Shown one piece after another: positions 49,352 through 63,800 of a stretch of 64,000 bases of DNA; positions within the stretch are counted from its first letter, which is position 1, and every line of letters begins with the position of its first letter. Source of the DNA: Marsupella aquatica (taxonomy: Eukaryota; Plantae; Marchantiophyta); NCBI GenBank assembly GCA_973895155.1, contig OZ316897.1, positions 13,205,375-13,269,374 of the forward strand. The letters run 5' to 3'. The notes under the pieces were generated by a model, which saw only the letters and a list, made by a program, of their open reading frames with translations, was not told the origin of the DNA and made no database searches. A program made the position numbers and the translations under genes.

Positions 49352-49730
49352 TTATATGTGAGTTGAAACATGTTTGGTGTGGTCTCCTTTGGTTCGATGA
49401 CTTTTAGACATCTCCTAACACTCAATTCATATCTTCGCAATCTACACTGGGGACTTTTCTTAAGTCATTTATTTCACAAAACATATTTCTTTTATATTTC
49501 ATTTCATTTCGAATCTATCTACTTATTGAAGAGGGCATCTACCTTAGCTTTGGTTTTGAAATTTGCTCTAGGTATTTAATGAAAAGTGCACATTTGTATA
49601 TATTGCATTCATAAAATACTGATGTTAGAGGATATAGGATTAAGTGTTGGAAGTGTCTGAAATGTCCCAACAATTATCAGTAGGTAGCTTGAATGCTAGA
49701 GATGACACCAACAAATTTCACTTCAAATAA
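49352..49730. mobile_element. Degenerate AT-rich MITE
   Basis: Imperfect long inverted ends (TGAAACATGTTTGGTGT / ACACCAACAAATTTCA; AGACATCTCCTAACACT / AGTGTTGGAAGTGTCT). Confidence 0.4.
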
Positions 49731-51413
49731 AATTAATTTAGTCTTCCAGTGAGTAAAACATTTGGGTTTATCATAAATTAACAATTTGAAGGGTTTGTGG
49801 CCCCTCGAGTCAAGTAGTGGCGCCCTCTCTGCCTGAGGTGGACCCAATGAGCACTACTTGCAAAGTCTAGAGGTTTTTTTAATTACCGACTGTTGACCAT
49901 CTGAAGGACCTGGTCAAATTCCTGAATCATCATCAGGGTCCATTAAGTCCACAAGATGCTGGAGGGCCCTGGACCCTGGGTATGTCTTTGAGTCTTTGAG
50001 GCTTGGTGCTTTGCATGTAAGGCCAGAACGACACAACTTTTTTTGTGGACTTAAGTCAAGGACTAGATGCATAGGTTCGAAAAAGTGCTTTAATTGCCTT
50101 TTCCCATGCTATTCTCGCTACTTAAAACTTGAAAGTTAAAGTTGAGGATAATAGCTTTTGGCCATAAACAAATGGTCACAGCTCTTTCACATGGTTGTGT
50201 AAAAGTTTAGTTTTCTCCACTAGCCTCTATTTTGACTTAAGGTTATCGGCATATGACACATTTTCATAACAAACAGTTATGGATCATGAATTTTGCACTC
50301 CATAGCTTTTTATGTAATTAACCTTAACTACTAAGTTAAAGTCCATCAAATTTGAAGTTTTGAGATGTCCAATTTATCAATCCTGATCTCTTTGCTAGGT
50401 GACTGTTTGCATTGTTGCACTTCCGATTGGTGATGGGCCCTCTCTCGACAAGGACCAATCTACAAACATGACTAAGTCTCACTTAGCAAGTTGTACAGTA
50501 GATGTTACTTTGTCTATCTGCTTAGTAAAGCTAGCTAACATCCACTTGAGGTAGTATCTTTGCAAATGACCTTTACATCTGATTGAGATTTGTATAAAAT
50601 TGGTGTGGCAAACAAACTCATTCTTGCTTTTAATTAATGAACAAGCAAGAAGGCCCATCTTGTGCTGAAACGTTTCAGTAAGAAGGAATTCCAAGCTTTC
50701 TCCCTACTATTATCGTCTTCAAGTATGACCAATGAGCGGTTGGAATGGATTCATCTGACTTCTGTTGAACGAGTAACTATTAGGCCACTGAATGGTTTGT
50801 ATGCACTATCAAAGTTCTCTTTTATCATTGTGGATCCAGAGTATTGCTTGGAGTACACCAGGATTCAGGGAATGAAAGAAGAAAGGGGCCGGATGCATGA
50901 AAGCTTTGCTGGTTGCTGGAATGAACCTGAATGACTTGTTTGTCTTCTTCAAGTAAGTTTCCTTGCTTGTGTTTTTCCACATGTTTTCATTGTGGGTTGG
51001 TCCAATTCATATGCCCAAACCACAATATATATTGAATTCATGTGATAGTTGGAATTTATGTTCCAGATCGTATTTAAAGATATTTGTAAAGAAGGGACCA
51101 AGGTTAACAGGCAGATTGGACTCACCACAGATGATTAGCCAAAACGCACTCATAAAAATTGGAAAGAAAAGTACACTGATGGAACAAGGTTGAGTTAACA
51201 CCAAAGTGAGACAAGTAGCGGTAAAACGCAACTGCAGGTCGCATTCAGGATGAAACTGCAAGATAATGTTTGAGTGCCCCTTGGAAAAAACCAACATCGA
51301 GGTACCATCTGTGCCTCTTGACTTCTTGAGCTCATAGTAGTCCTCTTGATCTGTTTTGTTCTTCTCGCTAACATCTGAATCAATCTATTTCCTTGCTAAC
51401 TTGCTCTCAAGTC

Positions 51414-53558
51414 TTCAATCTATTCATTAAAAGTGAATTATCATTCAATTTATGAACATTTAGGCAATGTAAAGTGTACATTTGGCTTTCAAAAAGTGTA
51501 CTACATTTGGGCAAGCAACAAAGGTGATGGCCATAAGACTTGCCACCATCTTCATCCTTTGTAAATGAATTTCACTCTAGTAAAGACCCTCTCCCACCCC
51601 CAAGTTTGCAATTGATCATTTAGGTGTAGAGTATTGTACTATAGCGTACACTAGCTCAATACCCATGTGTTGCACAAAAGATGTAGTTAAGAAAAACATG
51701 TCATATTGCCCACAAGATGTCATCAATAAAAAATGTGTTGTGTCAACCAAGATGTCTCTAAGAATAAAGATGGCGTGTCGCCCAGATCTTATTACTTAAT
51801 TAAAAAATGTCATGGCACCCAAGATGCCATTAAGAAAAAAGATGTTGTGTTCCAAGATGTTGTTATATGAAAGATATCATGAAGTAAAAGGATGTCATTG
51901 ACAAAAAAGGTTGTTTTGCCAAAAATGTCATCAAGTAAAAAATTGTTGTGGTGCTAATGATGTTGTTATGCCAAAGATGTTGTCGAGGATATATGTCATT
52001 AAATATAAAGATGTTGTTAAATACAAAATGCTCAATAAGTAAAGTATGTTGTTAGTCAAAGATGTTGTGAAGTAAAAGATCATGTTGTTAAGTACATCTT
52101 GGGCCCAAAACCTGTGCGTTGCACAAAAGATGCTGAGGAGAGAAAAGGTGCCGAGAGTGAGGAAAAGATGTTGTCATGAGATAAAGATGTCAAGGTGAGA
52201 AAACGATGGCAAGATGATAAAAAGATAAGATGTCAAGGTGAGAAAAGATCTCAAGGAAAAAAAAGATGTTGAGGGTGAGAAAACAAGCCATGGTAAGATA
52301 GAGATGTCAATGTGAGATGAGAAAATATGGCAAGGCAAGGAAAAGATGTTGAGGGTGAGAAAACAAGCCATGGTAAGATAAAGATGTCAATGTGAGATGA
52401 GAAAATATGGCAAGGCAAGGAAAAGATGTTGAGGAGACATAAACATGTAAAGATTATAAAAATATGTCAAGGCAAGAAAATATATCAAGGCAAGGCAAGA
52501 AAAGTATCAAGGCAAGGCAAAACATTATCAGCTTTGCAATGTAGTTATCAAGACATGTTATTTGTGATCCCGACCATACACGTTTGTGGTCGTGTTCAAT
52601 AACTATGGCATTGCGCATAGAAATTGGAGATGCGAGATAGTGACCACCGCATCATAGAATCCAAGCACAGTGACAAGAAACAATATAGCTTGTTTTATTT
52701 TTAATTTTTAGAGGGAGAATAATTTTATGTTTTTATTTACATTCAAAATATTTCAAAATTTTCCAATTTTCGTCCCAATTTTCCAATTTAAATAAGAATA
52801 CATTTAAATAATTTCTAATTGAGTTGTTAATCTTGGGCAGGTGCAGGCAGAATAAAGGGCAGTTTTGGCTTCATTTTTTTAGTTTGTAATCTAAGGGACC
52901 TTTCGGGATATGTATTGTAGTGGTATAGAATGGTAGAGGGAAGTAGAAGGAGGAACACTTGATATGTATGGATGTTGACTTGATTCTTGTGGAGCATTTG
53001 GTAGCTCCTTTTTCTTGCTTAGGTGTCACTATTTTCTTCCCACTAAATGTAATTGTTTTTTGGTTTATTCCTTCTCTTTGTCAGTTTCTTTATTTTTTGG
53101 GCCTGATAATTTAAAGAATGACCACTGCACAGAAACGTGCAATATATTATTATAGTTTTTATGTTGTCAAAAGTGGTTGTCCCTTTATATATATTTATTT
53201 AATTTGGTCAAGTATATTTGTTTTCATATGGGATGGGCAATGTAAGGCGCCCCGAGAAAGTGGGGGAGCAATAACCTGACATAGATTTAACTCGGGGTCT
53301 AACGTGATGAGGAATATATATCAAGAATGATTCTTGTCCCTTCATTTATGTTGTGGCTTAATTTTATTTGTCCTCTTAGCTTTGCTTTGCATATTTGAGT
53401 TTTTTCACTTGGCACTGAAAACGGTAACTTTTGAATGACTACCACTTCAAAAAACGGCGCAATCATTTATTATAGGAGTTAAATATAGTGCTACAAAGTG
53501 TATATTTAGATACCAAAAAGTTGACAAAATAAAATACACTTTTAATAAATAGAGTGAT
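51414..53558 (-). mobile_element. Older copy of the Sola-family MITE, split by a Helitron
   Basis: 51414-51650 and 53489-53558 together align to the reverse complement of 25156-25501, including both TIRs. Confidence 0.8.
51651..53488 (-). mobile_element. Non-autonomous Helitron
   Basis: Minus-strand 3' end GTGCAACACATGGGTATTGAGCTAG|T (decayed hairpin plus CTAG). 5' end CTATATTTAA lacks the canonical initial T. Inserted between A and T with no TSD. AAGATGT-rich interior. Confidence 0.65.
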
Positions 53559-53879
53559 AACTATCATTTCAATTGCCTGAACTTTTCCAAGTAGTCTGAG
53601 ATTAATTTGGAAACAGTGAAGGACCATGGATTTGAAGCTATTCCCTGAGTTCCAAATGGATATGGATCATGCTCTTCTATCTTTAATTGACAATAAGGAT
53701 GATGAGCTTGACATATTTGATTAATTCGCGATTATTCATGTTGGTGATGATGGCAATGCAGGCATATTTGGTGCTCCTTAATTGACTGCTTTCAACCAAC
53801 TGAGTTTTCCTTTGAAAAGCAAATGGGAAAGCAAATAACAAGGAATCTTGCAAGATCAACTGATGATCTCCTTTCCAAG

Positions 53880-54420
53880 TATGCAACAATGCCCAACTAT
53901 TCTAGGACTTAACCCACTTCACTCTTGAACAATTCCATGAGCTCTCTACTTTGGAATGTAAGATCTACAGGCCAAGGCCATAGGTGCAAGGGTCAGCCTT
54001 GCAAAGCTTCACTGTACCGGAACAGAGATTGTCAGTTTCAGTTTGTATATGAAACATGATAACACAATTTACTTAATTTGATGGAGCACATTAGAACTGG
54101 GCAAAAACATTTGTCTGTGATGAAGCAATTTACAGGGCAATTTCTATTGCATCTTGTGTCAAATAAGCCATAGCAAATGAGATCTGTTGGCCTACTGCTG
54201 AGGAGAGAGTGGAGCTAGGCCAGGTCATTCCAAATTTTCCAGCATATATTGGTTTTGTAGATGGAATTCTTTGTAGGATCGATAGACCATTTGAGAATGA
54301 GACCCACAAAAAATGGTTCCAAAGTCACACAAAATGTACTGCTTGAATTCTACTTAAACATTTGCTGTCTTGGTCAATCATAATGGTTTGTTCATCTATG
54401 TAGACCAAGGATTTTGAAGG
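53880..54420 (+). pseudogene. PIF/Harbinger DDE transposase relic
   Basis: ICWPTAEERVELGQVIPNFPAYIGFVDGILCRIDRP at 54182-54290, with upstream PEQRL and LYMKHDN fragments. Many frameshifts. Confidence 0.7.
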
Positions 54421-56635
54421 ACTCTTGGGTGGAGCATAATGGGCTACATCTATTGTAGCTAAAGAAGGGACATGCATGATTGTGGAGATTGCATGGCCAA
54501 GAGAAAGGGGAGAATGGGGTTGGGCATGATGATACTACCGACTAATGAAGTATTCATGTGAGCACTTCACAGTTTAAAAGTGATATTGAGTATATATATC
54601 CCACTGCCAAAAAGATAAGATAGCCAAACTGGGAGACAGGATCCCAAAGGCAAAAGAACCCAATAAAGGGAAAGAAGAGAAAGACCCAAGAAGACCACAA
54701 AGGCCCAACAAATCAAGGAGTATCCCACAGAAACAATAAAAACTAAGAAGCAAACAACAAATTAGAAACCCTATTGGGTGGTAAGCTGGAAAGTCTGGTA
54801 GAGCTCTATCAGAGTAAACAGCATAGGAAGGTACGTAGTCATGAAGGGGAATCTATATAGAGGCCCTAAAAAAGACTGTCTTGGCCCTACAAAACAATAG
54901 TGAAAGCCTGGGCCCTATGAAGTGCCACCGACACCCTCAGGCTCAAAAAGGCAGTGAGTACAAAAGCAAGGGGAAAAGGCCTTTGTTCAATACAAATCAT
55001 CTACAAGCCCAAAGCAAGTGGTCAAAACAAGGGTGAACAGCACCAAAAACTCATAGTGGGTCCATGTAAAAGTGAAAGTATCTTGATAAAACATTAGTTT
55101 TTATAAATTTAAACAATTTTCCCTCTAAAGTGTTTCTATCCATTCTGGTGCATTGGTTTTGCCCACTTGGGACCTCCTTTGTTTATTCTTTTGTATTCTG
55201 TTTGGCCCTTTTATGTAAAAAGTTTGTGTATATTTTCATTGGGTTCTGTGTGCTTTCTTTCTTTCATGTGTTGTCACACTTTGAAACTTTCCATCTTAGC
55301 TTACATCAGAGCTACTACTTGGAATCTGTGAGGACGTATTTTTTCTCTTCCTTCCTGAACATACTCAATGCAATAATATTAATGTACTGGATGGCCCCGT
55401 CAGCTACCCAATGATGTACGATGGCCTTCCAGCTATGAACAGGTTCATCTGTCTTGTTTTTGGTGCATGTAATTTTGAAACAGAGGGAGTCTACATATTT
55501 ACAGGACCCTATGGTTGGTGACATGATTATTTTCAAGTGGAAGGGGTACTTTGTTTCATTTCACAAGATGGATCTGGAAATCAAAGATACTACCTCGCTG
55601 GAGTGGTGAAGAGGTTTTCAGTCAGGAGGGAAATTCTCAGAGGGTACATTTCCAAGGGGTGGGCAATTTAGCTTGTCAACTGTTCTACTACACTGGCGGC
55701 AGAATTGTGAGAGAAAACATGTTCTACTGGTCTTAGTTGAAAAGCAATTATTAAAACCACTAACACAGAGGTTCTTCTCATCAATATAATTAAATAAAAA
55801 AAAATTGCAGTGCCCATAGTAGTGACTTAAAAAATAAGTAGTCTTCAATCATATCTTCAAGTCAGACTACATTTAGTACAACCGAAGGAAGGAAACCATC
55901 CACAATTCTTCAAACTGACATAAATCCGTGACTACTACTTCAATCCTAAAGTTCTCATTCAACTGATTAAACCGCCTCCAAAAATTCTGAAATTGGCAAC
56001 TGAAACAAAATGTTGCCAAATATTGCTACCAGGACTGCTATGTCTCAAAGTGCAGTCTATAAATTCCTTGCACTTTTGTTTGAACTCCTCATCTCTGATC
56101 ATATCTAGATGTGTCCTTTGGCTTCTCCAAGAGTGCAACTTTAGCCATGATGCTCCTCGCCTGCGACTCAACTGATCTAGGATCAACTACAGGCTGTCGA
56201 TCGGACTGCATGCTCTTGAATCCAGTTAAGATATCAGCTGCGATAATTTTGCCAGCATGTTTGAGACTGTTTTTCTTGGTAAGAGGGTTGGGCAGAACCG
56301 GATTGATGCAAGCTGTTGCTGCAGGGGTTCAAGGTCAAGCAACAGATCCTGACGCCTCTGGATTGGTGACCTGACTAGATTTGGTACCATGCATGTGATT
56401 GGCATCCCTCCCTGAGTTTTGGAATGCTCCTAGCCTCCATGATGGCATTTCCATCACCTTCTCAATTCATAAGTGTCGGGTCTTGCAACATAGATCCTGC
56501 ATCTCCCTCAAGATTTTTCACCCCGGAGTTCATGTCTTTAATGCCGTCTCTCATGTGCTCTTTAAGGGTCTCCTCTTTGATAGTGAATTATGGAACTCCT
56601 TGTAATCCACTGTCTTCGAAGAAACACCAGATTAC

Positions 56636-58057
56636 TCAGTCTTCGAAGTAAGACCAGATTACTCGGTCTTCGAAGAAAGACCAGATTGACCAGAAGTACT
56701 CAAAACGTACGAGGGCTTTAGCTTTAGCTCTAAATTGAACTGAGTCATGGCTGATCTGTACCAGTCTCGATAGGTCCCCACTAAAGGAGTTATCTGCCAG
56801 TCGCATTTCCGTCATCTGACCATAGCATTGACTAAGAAACTCAACAATGTCTCCGGAGAGGCTGTTGTTCTGAAGGGACAGAAAGCTGATAGAACTATTT
56901 CCATTGTTGCAAATGGAGGGAACGGGACCACTCAGGTGATTGTGACTCAAATCTATTTTATTGTAATTGTAATGCTTGGTTCCATCGAATGGTATATGAC
57001 CAGTAAGGAGATTCTGTGAAAGAATCAAGCCAGGCCCGTTCGGCAAGTTCGGTGGAGTAGGTTGCAGCAAATTTGCAGGGATGCTGCCTGTGAGCTGATT
57101 GTGAGACAAATCGACCCAATTGCCGTCACTCATATTTAACCGGAAATCCGAAGGGATGTGGCCAGACAGTTGGTTCTGTGACAAATCAAGGATCCTGAGT
57201 TTCACCAACTTAGTTATGTTGGCCGGAATCGGACCCTGTAGTTGATTGTGAGCGATAGATAAGCGCTCGAAATTCTTTGCATCTGGAAAGATGCCCCCCT
57301 CCTCGAACCCCGTGAAGGTGTTGTTATCAAGCAAGAGCTCCAAAAGGTTGGTCAGATTTGAAAGAGAAGGGATAGTACCAGTAAACATGTTATTCCTCAA
57401 ATCTATCTGGAGAGGACTATCTAGTTTTCCGAGCGATTTTGGAAAAGAGCCACTAAGGTGGTTATCTTTTAGTAGGAGATACTGTAGGTTCACCAAGCCA
57501 CTCAGGTCAGGGATCTCCCCGGCGAGTGCATTTCCCTCGAGACGGAGGTATCGGAGGCTGTGGCAGGCAGAAATGCTGTGTGGTATGGGACCAGAGAACC
57601 CACCATTAGACAGATCCAAATAGGTAAGCCCAACTAAAGATCCAATATCGTCTGGGATGACAATACCCTGGAAATGGTTCCACGACAAATCCAACCTGCG
57701 AAGATCTGTCAGGTTTGACAATACACGCAGGCTCGGCAGCCACCTCAATTCCCAACCCAAAAAACTGAGCTGCTCTACAGTGGAATCTTTTGTGCAAGTA
57801 ACTCCAGCCCAAGCACAGGCGTTGTCGTCCGTCTCCTTCCAAGTTCCCCAATAACCGTCGGAGATCACCCATTCACGGACTTCCGTCACCTTTTTGAACC
57901 TCAGAAGAGTTTGAACTTCGCCACCAGTGCTGCTATTCGGATTAGCATCGACACGGGCCAGCACCCAAAGGCAGAGAAGCACCGTGCACAATCGTTGTAG
58001 GCCTCTTGAAAATGCTGAGATCGATGCAAGAGTTATGGCCATTGTCATCCGTTGCAT
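56636..58057 (-). pseudogene. LRR receptor-like protein/kinase ectodomain, 3'-truncated
   Basis: Signal peptide, LRRNT (W...CAWAGVTC) and many plant LxxLxLxxNxLxGxIP repeats. The LRR pattern stops abruptly near 56760 and runs into 27-bp repeats. No TM or kinase follows. Confidence 0.85.
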
Positions 58058-58685
58058 AGTTGTTTCTTCCGGTAGTTCCTGCGCATGCAACTAGAAAATA
58101 ATGTGATTATTCCAATGTGGTCCTAAGCTTCTCGTAAACTGAACGGCTTCCAACTAAAGCGATACGATAGGTTGTATTGAGAGGATTGCAGTGCATTCCT
58201 ATTGAATGCCACAGAGTAAGTTGAAACGCAGCTTCTTCGAGTCTTGACAAATTGTCAGTCAAAGTCCTGTCTAAAACAGTTCATAGTCAGTTGACTCAGA
58301 CCGAAACCACTCCGTTGGGTCTAAATAGGGTCCACATAGAAAGCCGAGTGAACAATGGAGTCTTAAACTAATTGGAGTCTTGAACTAAGAGTATGACGGC
58401 TCTCGATCTAGATCGACTGTTGGGCTAAACTGGACTAACAAAACAAGTCTTCATTTGAGAATGTTGGGCTAAATTGGGCCAACAAAAGAACTGTTGATTT
58501 GAGAGTGCATGAAACTAAGTCAAACAACAGACTTTCTTCATTCACACAAATCCAATTGGGCATGTTCTATACATACGTGTCACTCAACGGGTTACGAAAA
58601 AGGTCGAATATTGGAAGTGAATTGATCGCTCGGAAAGATGCTCACCAGTATCTAGTTCAGTCGCGCACAGAGATCGACGTAACTC

Positions 58686-59084
58686 ATGTCAACCATTTTT
58701 ATCGGTGTAGTACTAACTGTCCTACTCATCTGGGCGGTAAAGACTCAAGCGCAACATCCACCCCGGACATACATGAGCCAATCACATTTTGCAGGCTCTC
58801 CACTCAGCTACACTGCTGGACTTATGCCCCGTTCCAATCAAGCTCTTCCATGGATCGACAAGAATGGAATTCAGGGAACTCACAATCTCGATGATGACTT
58901 TCCAGAAGCTTCTGCACCGTGCTACCTTGGCGGCACCTCGACCCCTCCTGTGCAACGTAAATTCACAGAGCTGTATATGAGCAAGTCTTCCTGGTACTCA
59001 CGTAAACTAAGGCTTCGAGCTCTATCTTATGATTGTGCAGACAATCTGTGGAGTGACGGGAATCTACTGCAAGTCTATCAATAA
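58686..59084 (+). CDS. Possible small secreted protein, head-to-head with the LRR gene
   Basis: MSTIFIGVVLTVLLIWAVKTQA-Q signal-peptide-like N-terminus. No recognised domain. Confidence 0.35.
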   Translation: MSTIFIGVVLTVLLIWAVKTQAQHPPRTYMSQSHFAGSPLSYTAGLMPRSNQALPWIDKNGIQGTHNLDDDFPEASAPCYLGGTSTPPVQRKFTELYMSKSSWYSRKLRLRALSYDCADNLWSDGNLLQVYQ

Positions 59085-60841
59085 TAGAAGCTTGATGAAA
59101 CCCGAATTCAGCGACCTCGACGTACGTGGGTTAATTGTGAGTCGTTCACCTGCGGGCACGCTGCGCAATGTCGACCAGGCCTGGAAGCCAACTCAATTGA
59201 CAATGTGGACTTGCGAATATGACCCTCCTTTTAGACCCCGACTCCATGGAATCTATCCCACTACCCTTGGCTCCTATCTCCACTCCTATCTCCACTCATA
59301 GCTTCGAATACAGCCGTAGGATGCGATCTACAACTCAAAAATATAGCTTGCCTGCTCTCAGCCCCGTTGGATGCAACGTATGACTCAAAATGAAGATTCT
59401 CATTGAGAAAAAAGCGACATCGGATAATGATGAATGTTCAATGAGAAACAAGTCAACAAGAATCAATGCAATCTCATAGCTATTTTTTTTTAAATTAAAT
59501 TTGTTGGGCAGTTTTGGGCAGATCTCTGGCAGCATGGCGAGCAAGCTTTGCGCAGATTCGGGCTGACGCACTCATCAAGCACGCATTAGAAAGGTTCTGA
59601 ACAGGCCCCTAGAGCATGCTACGGAGTTGCTACTCTACCCTTTGTTGGTTAGGTCAACTTTTGGTGTCAAGGCAAGAAAGACAGGCCCTTAAGATCTTAT
59701 CTTGTGTAGTTGATGGACCATGGAGATTGATTTGACAGGACTTGACCAGGCTCTTCCGATTGTCAACTGTACGAAATCCAATAAAGACAGTAAGTCCACT
59801 TAAGTCCACAGCTACAGGAGCAGTCCCTCAAGAATTTGTCTCCTCTCCACAGTGTCTTTAAAATTTTTAAATTTAAATTTTATTCTTTTTGACCCTCACT
59901 GATGGGAGTGATGGGGGACCCAGTAGGCCAAAAGGCAAGATTGCAAAAGAACTTACAGCAAAGAGACGAAGAGACACGACCAAGGAGACGAAGAGACACA
60001 ACCAGAGCCACGGTCCAATCAAAGATTCAGGGCTATGGAATGTCATTTATGACTTTATGAGCCCTATGCCGGTGCTTTGATTCTGGTCGAGGTTCCTGGA
60101 AAACTCGTTAATGACTCTTGAGAGGACCCACCAAGGGCCCACTCGATCCTATTTCCATAGAACAAATAAATTTGGTAAAATGCCTTCCTTGTTCAGTAAC
60201 TTCTCAAAGAGAGTTCTCGAAAGGCAATTGACAGAAATTCATAGTTCCCTGACGGAACTGAACCCCCATCCCTTAACCCAACCCAACACAAACTCATCCA
60301 GTCACAGTCTAACCCACAGTAAACCCAGGATGGACATCGCAGCCGTGATTGCCATGGTTGTGGTCGCTGCAGCGTTCACCACTAGTTGTCGCCCTTCAAA
60401 TTTTGTTGAATACATGCAACTATGTCTTCGTTCAAAAAATGGAAAACAAAAAAGCGGACACGGTTTTGGCGGGCATATATCATTTCTCAGTTCTGCAACA
60501 TTTTGATCCGTCGGCCGCATCTCCTCTTGGGTTTTTTGAATCACAGTTGTTCATGAGGTTGATTTTAGGAGACAGTGGAGCTGGAGAAAGCATCTTTGAA
60601 TGACTACGTGATCCTTTGACTGGAACTGATTGTTAGCACCGAGATGCAGGTGACACTTATGAGGCGGCCGATCACTCCGTCTGCCCTTACGCCAATGTAC
60701 TCAAGGTTGCACTGCTTCTAGATGTGGTAAAATCTTCTCTTAATCCTTGGTATAGCTGAAATAGGGAGACATAGAGAGCGAAAAGATTTGAAAAGAAGAT
60801 CATATATTCGCCACCTAGCCGGGATAGCGAGAGAGCCCGAT

Positions 60842-63800
60842 CACTAGTAGAAAACAATGTATTTTATGACCGAAACAATGACTATTAATCAGGTCTTTTT
60901 AACAAAACAATGACGCAATTGTTCTCGTCTTTCCAGACACGTCACAACGGACATTTTGGTCACGGTCCTTTTGGACAAATGACGCTAAAAACATGTGGTC
61001 ATTTCATACTATCCTAAATGACCATTTTTATGATATGGTCATAAATGTTGAACGGTCCAAAATGACGACACAAATCACCATCGACGGTCAATTGCCGTTG
61101 ACCGTCGATGGTCCCCATACCCAATCACACAATGACACGTGGCAATAAAAAAACAAATAACATTGGTCATTTTGGACTTGTCCAAAATGACGTACATTAT
61201 ATAACAAATCAAATAGTGACACGTGGTTCAAAGAGGATTCACCATTTGGCAATATATTTGGGTCATTTTGGACGTGTCCAAAATGACTATAGTATAAACA
61301 AGTCATATTGAGACACGTGGTTCAATTGGGAGAAGACACGTAAAGATACACATTAGTCATTAATGACATGTCTTGAATGACATAAAGTGAGTCATAGTGG
61401 ACTTGTTTATAATGACCATGAGAAAGGTCATTGTATATGTCATTCTTTGAATCATTTAGTCTATGTCTTTAATGACCAGAGTTGAGTCATATTGGTCACA
61501 AAGATAGTTGTGAATAATGACCATTACATCAGTCATTCTAGCCAGTCATTTAGTCATTCAAGCCAGTCATTCAGACGAAGTATTCAATGATTTGGAGAAA
61601 TTCAAATTTAAGTGATCATGATAGATAAAACTTGATGTCAATCAAAAATCATATATTACAAAGCCATTCAATAGAGTTGCTAAATGAAAACTTAAAGAAA
61701 CATTCGATATATATCACAAATCCAATTGATATTCATACAAGATACCTTCATAAGTCTCACGGTAAATATTGAACTCAATGCAAATTTATGAAACAAAATT
61801 ACATTGACATCAATAATATTAGATTGTCAATTGTTACAACCTGACATACCAATCACTCTGCATGTTTATAGAAAAACAGAGTTGTCATTCTATCATGTCT
61901 ATTGTTTCTTGATAGAGTGCTATTTCTATTGCTTCTTAAGCAATCTAGAGTTCCATAGGGCATTCATCCCTTTCACATCAGATAATTTAGACTGGTTCTC
62001 CCCTGAATTGGCAAATGGCAATGCCACATCTACAAACACTTCAATCACACGCACTCGCAAGAAAGGGCTTTCAAAATCTGCACAATGAAACTTATCTTCT
62101 CCTGGCAGCCCTGTCACCTCACCTTCTGCCACTATCATGGAATTGTCCACAACGCTCTTCATCTTCACCAAATCTCCTCTTGCAAACTATGAACAACACA
62201 TTTTGTTAAAAATGCAATAAACAGAAATTGAAAGATAGAAGAACACTCAAATCAAACACACATTTACCTTTGCAACGGGGTTAGGAGACTGCATTGGTTT
62301 CTTCTGTGCAGGTGATGCATTTGCTGAGGATCCTTTCTTCCTTTTCTTCTTTCCCTTTCTAGTTGATGGAGTGTCATCCTGTTCACTTGGAATGGGAGTT
62401 TCTTTTGGCAACTCAGATGATTCTGGGGTTACATCTGGTGTCAACTGAGTCGACTTATCCTCTGGCAACTGAAAGGCATCTGAAATGGCTTCTTTGGGCA
62501 ACTTAGATGGCAAAAGGTTCACTTCCAATTCAGTTTGCTTTAGAGTACTGTTAGCTGTGTCAGTTGGTCTTCCCTGCGACACAGGAGGCTCCCCTAAAGA
62601 TGCTGTCATAAAACACACACAAAAGAAATGCATAAACAAACATGTATACACCAGCAACATATAATCACACTAAAAACATGCAAGAACATTATAAACATGC
62701 AATGACATATACACATCACAATAATTACATTGAATGGACAGTGTATACATGATAGAGAATTTTACCTTCATTATCGCCTGAAAAAGTAAGAGATCGCTTT
62801 CTACTACCTTGTTTGGTAGTTGTAGTCAACTTACTGTGACTAGGCACAACTGTTGGAACTTGTGCATTACTGGGGTGATGTGCCATCCACGTAGTCATCA
62901 TGTTTGTCAACTCCCTCACAGTGCCTTTCAACTCAGCGACATCCAATTTCACAGCCCCAATGGCAGTGATCTCTTCTTTTGAATGTGGGGTCTGTAAATG
63001 AACCACAAACCAACACAACAGTCTCACTGTCAAACTTACAAACGACACAACACTGGCTCTGTCAAATGGAGAATGATGTACAAATCAAATTGGTATGACA
63101 ATACTCACAGCTGATCCATGTCTGTTTCCTTGCCCCAGTAAGCTAGCACTTTTACCCTCCCCACTTGCCAATGATGGGCTCACCTTTGCTCCCACAAAAC
63201 TACCAGTCTGACCTTCTGCACTTGCCAATGATGGGCTCATTGTCACCTTTGGCAATGAACCCTGACTACCATGGTTTTCTTTCAGGTCAGATATACCTGG
63301 GCTTGATCCTCTCTTCTACTTCTGTTCAAACACACAATGAATGAGAAATCACAGAGTTTGTTTTCATCAAGATTCACAAACAAGACAGAATTGATAGTGA
63401 AAATGATAGACAATTTACCATTCTCTTTGCTGCTGCAGCATGCCCTCCCCTTCCAAAGTGAGAGGTATCTTGCACTCGTGCTCTTTTATCAGTCATCTGT
63501 TTACTCAAAGATATCAATGCTGGACTGGTAAAATGAGATACCAAAGCTGCCCATTTCTTTGGATCAACACCAGATGGCCCAAGTTTGGTTGGATCCTCAT
63601 TGCAAACTTTCTTCCAATAAACATGCATTTTATGGCGCTCTCTCTTCAATATGCCACGACAATGACTCTGGAATTTGGTGTTAATAAATTCCCCACCCAC
63701 ATACTCCCACTCAGCTGCCATGTTATTCCACACTGTGGTTGTATGAACTTGTGGATGATCAGTCCATTTTGGCTTTGATACATCAAAGACTCTGAGTACG

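Noticed and set aside
49800-51400. Possible decayed coding region
   Set aside because: Short broken ORFs with no recognisable motif.
10559-60842. One giant CACTA spanning 10559-60842
   Set aside because: The two termini point outward and their flanking triplets differ (CAT vs GAT).
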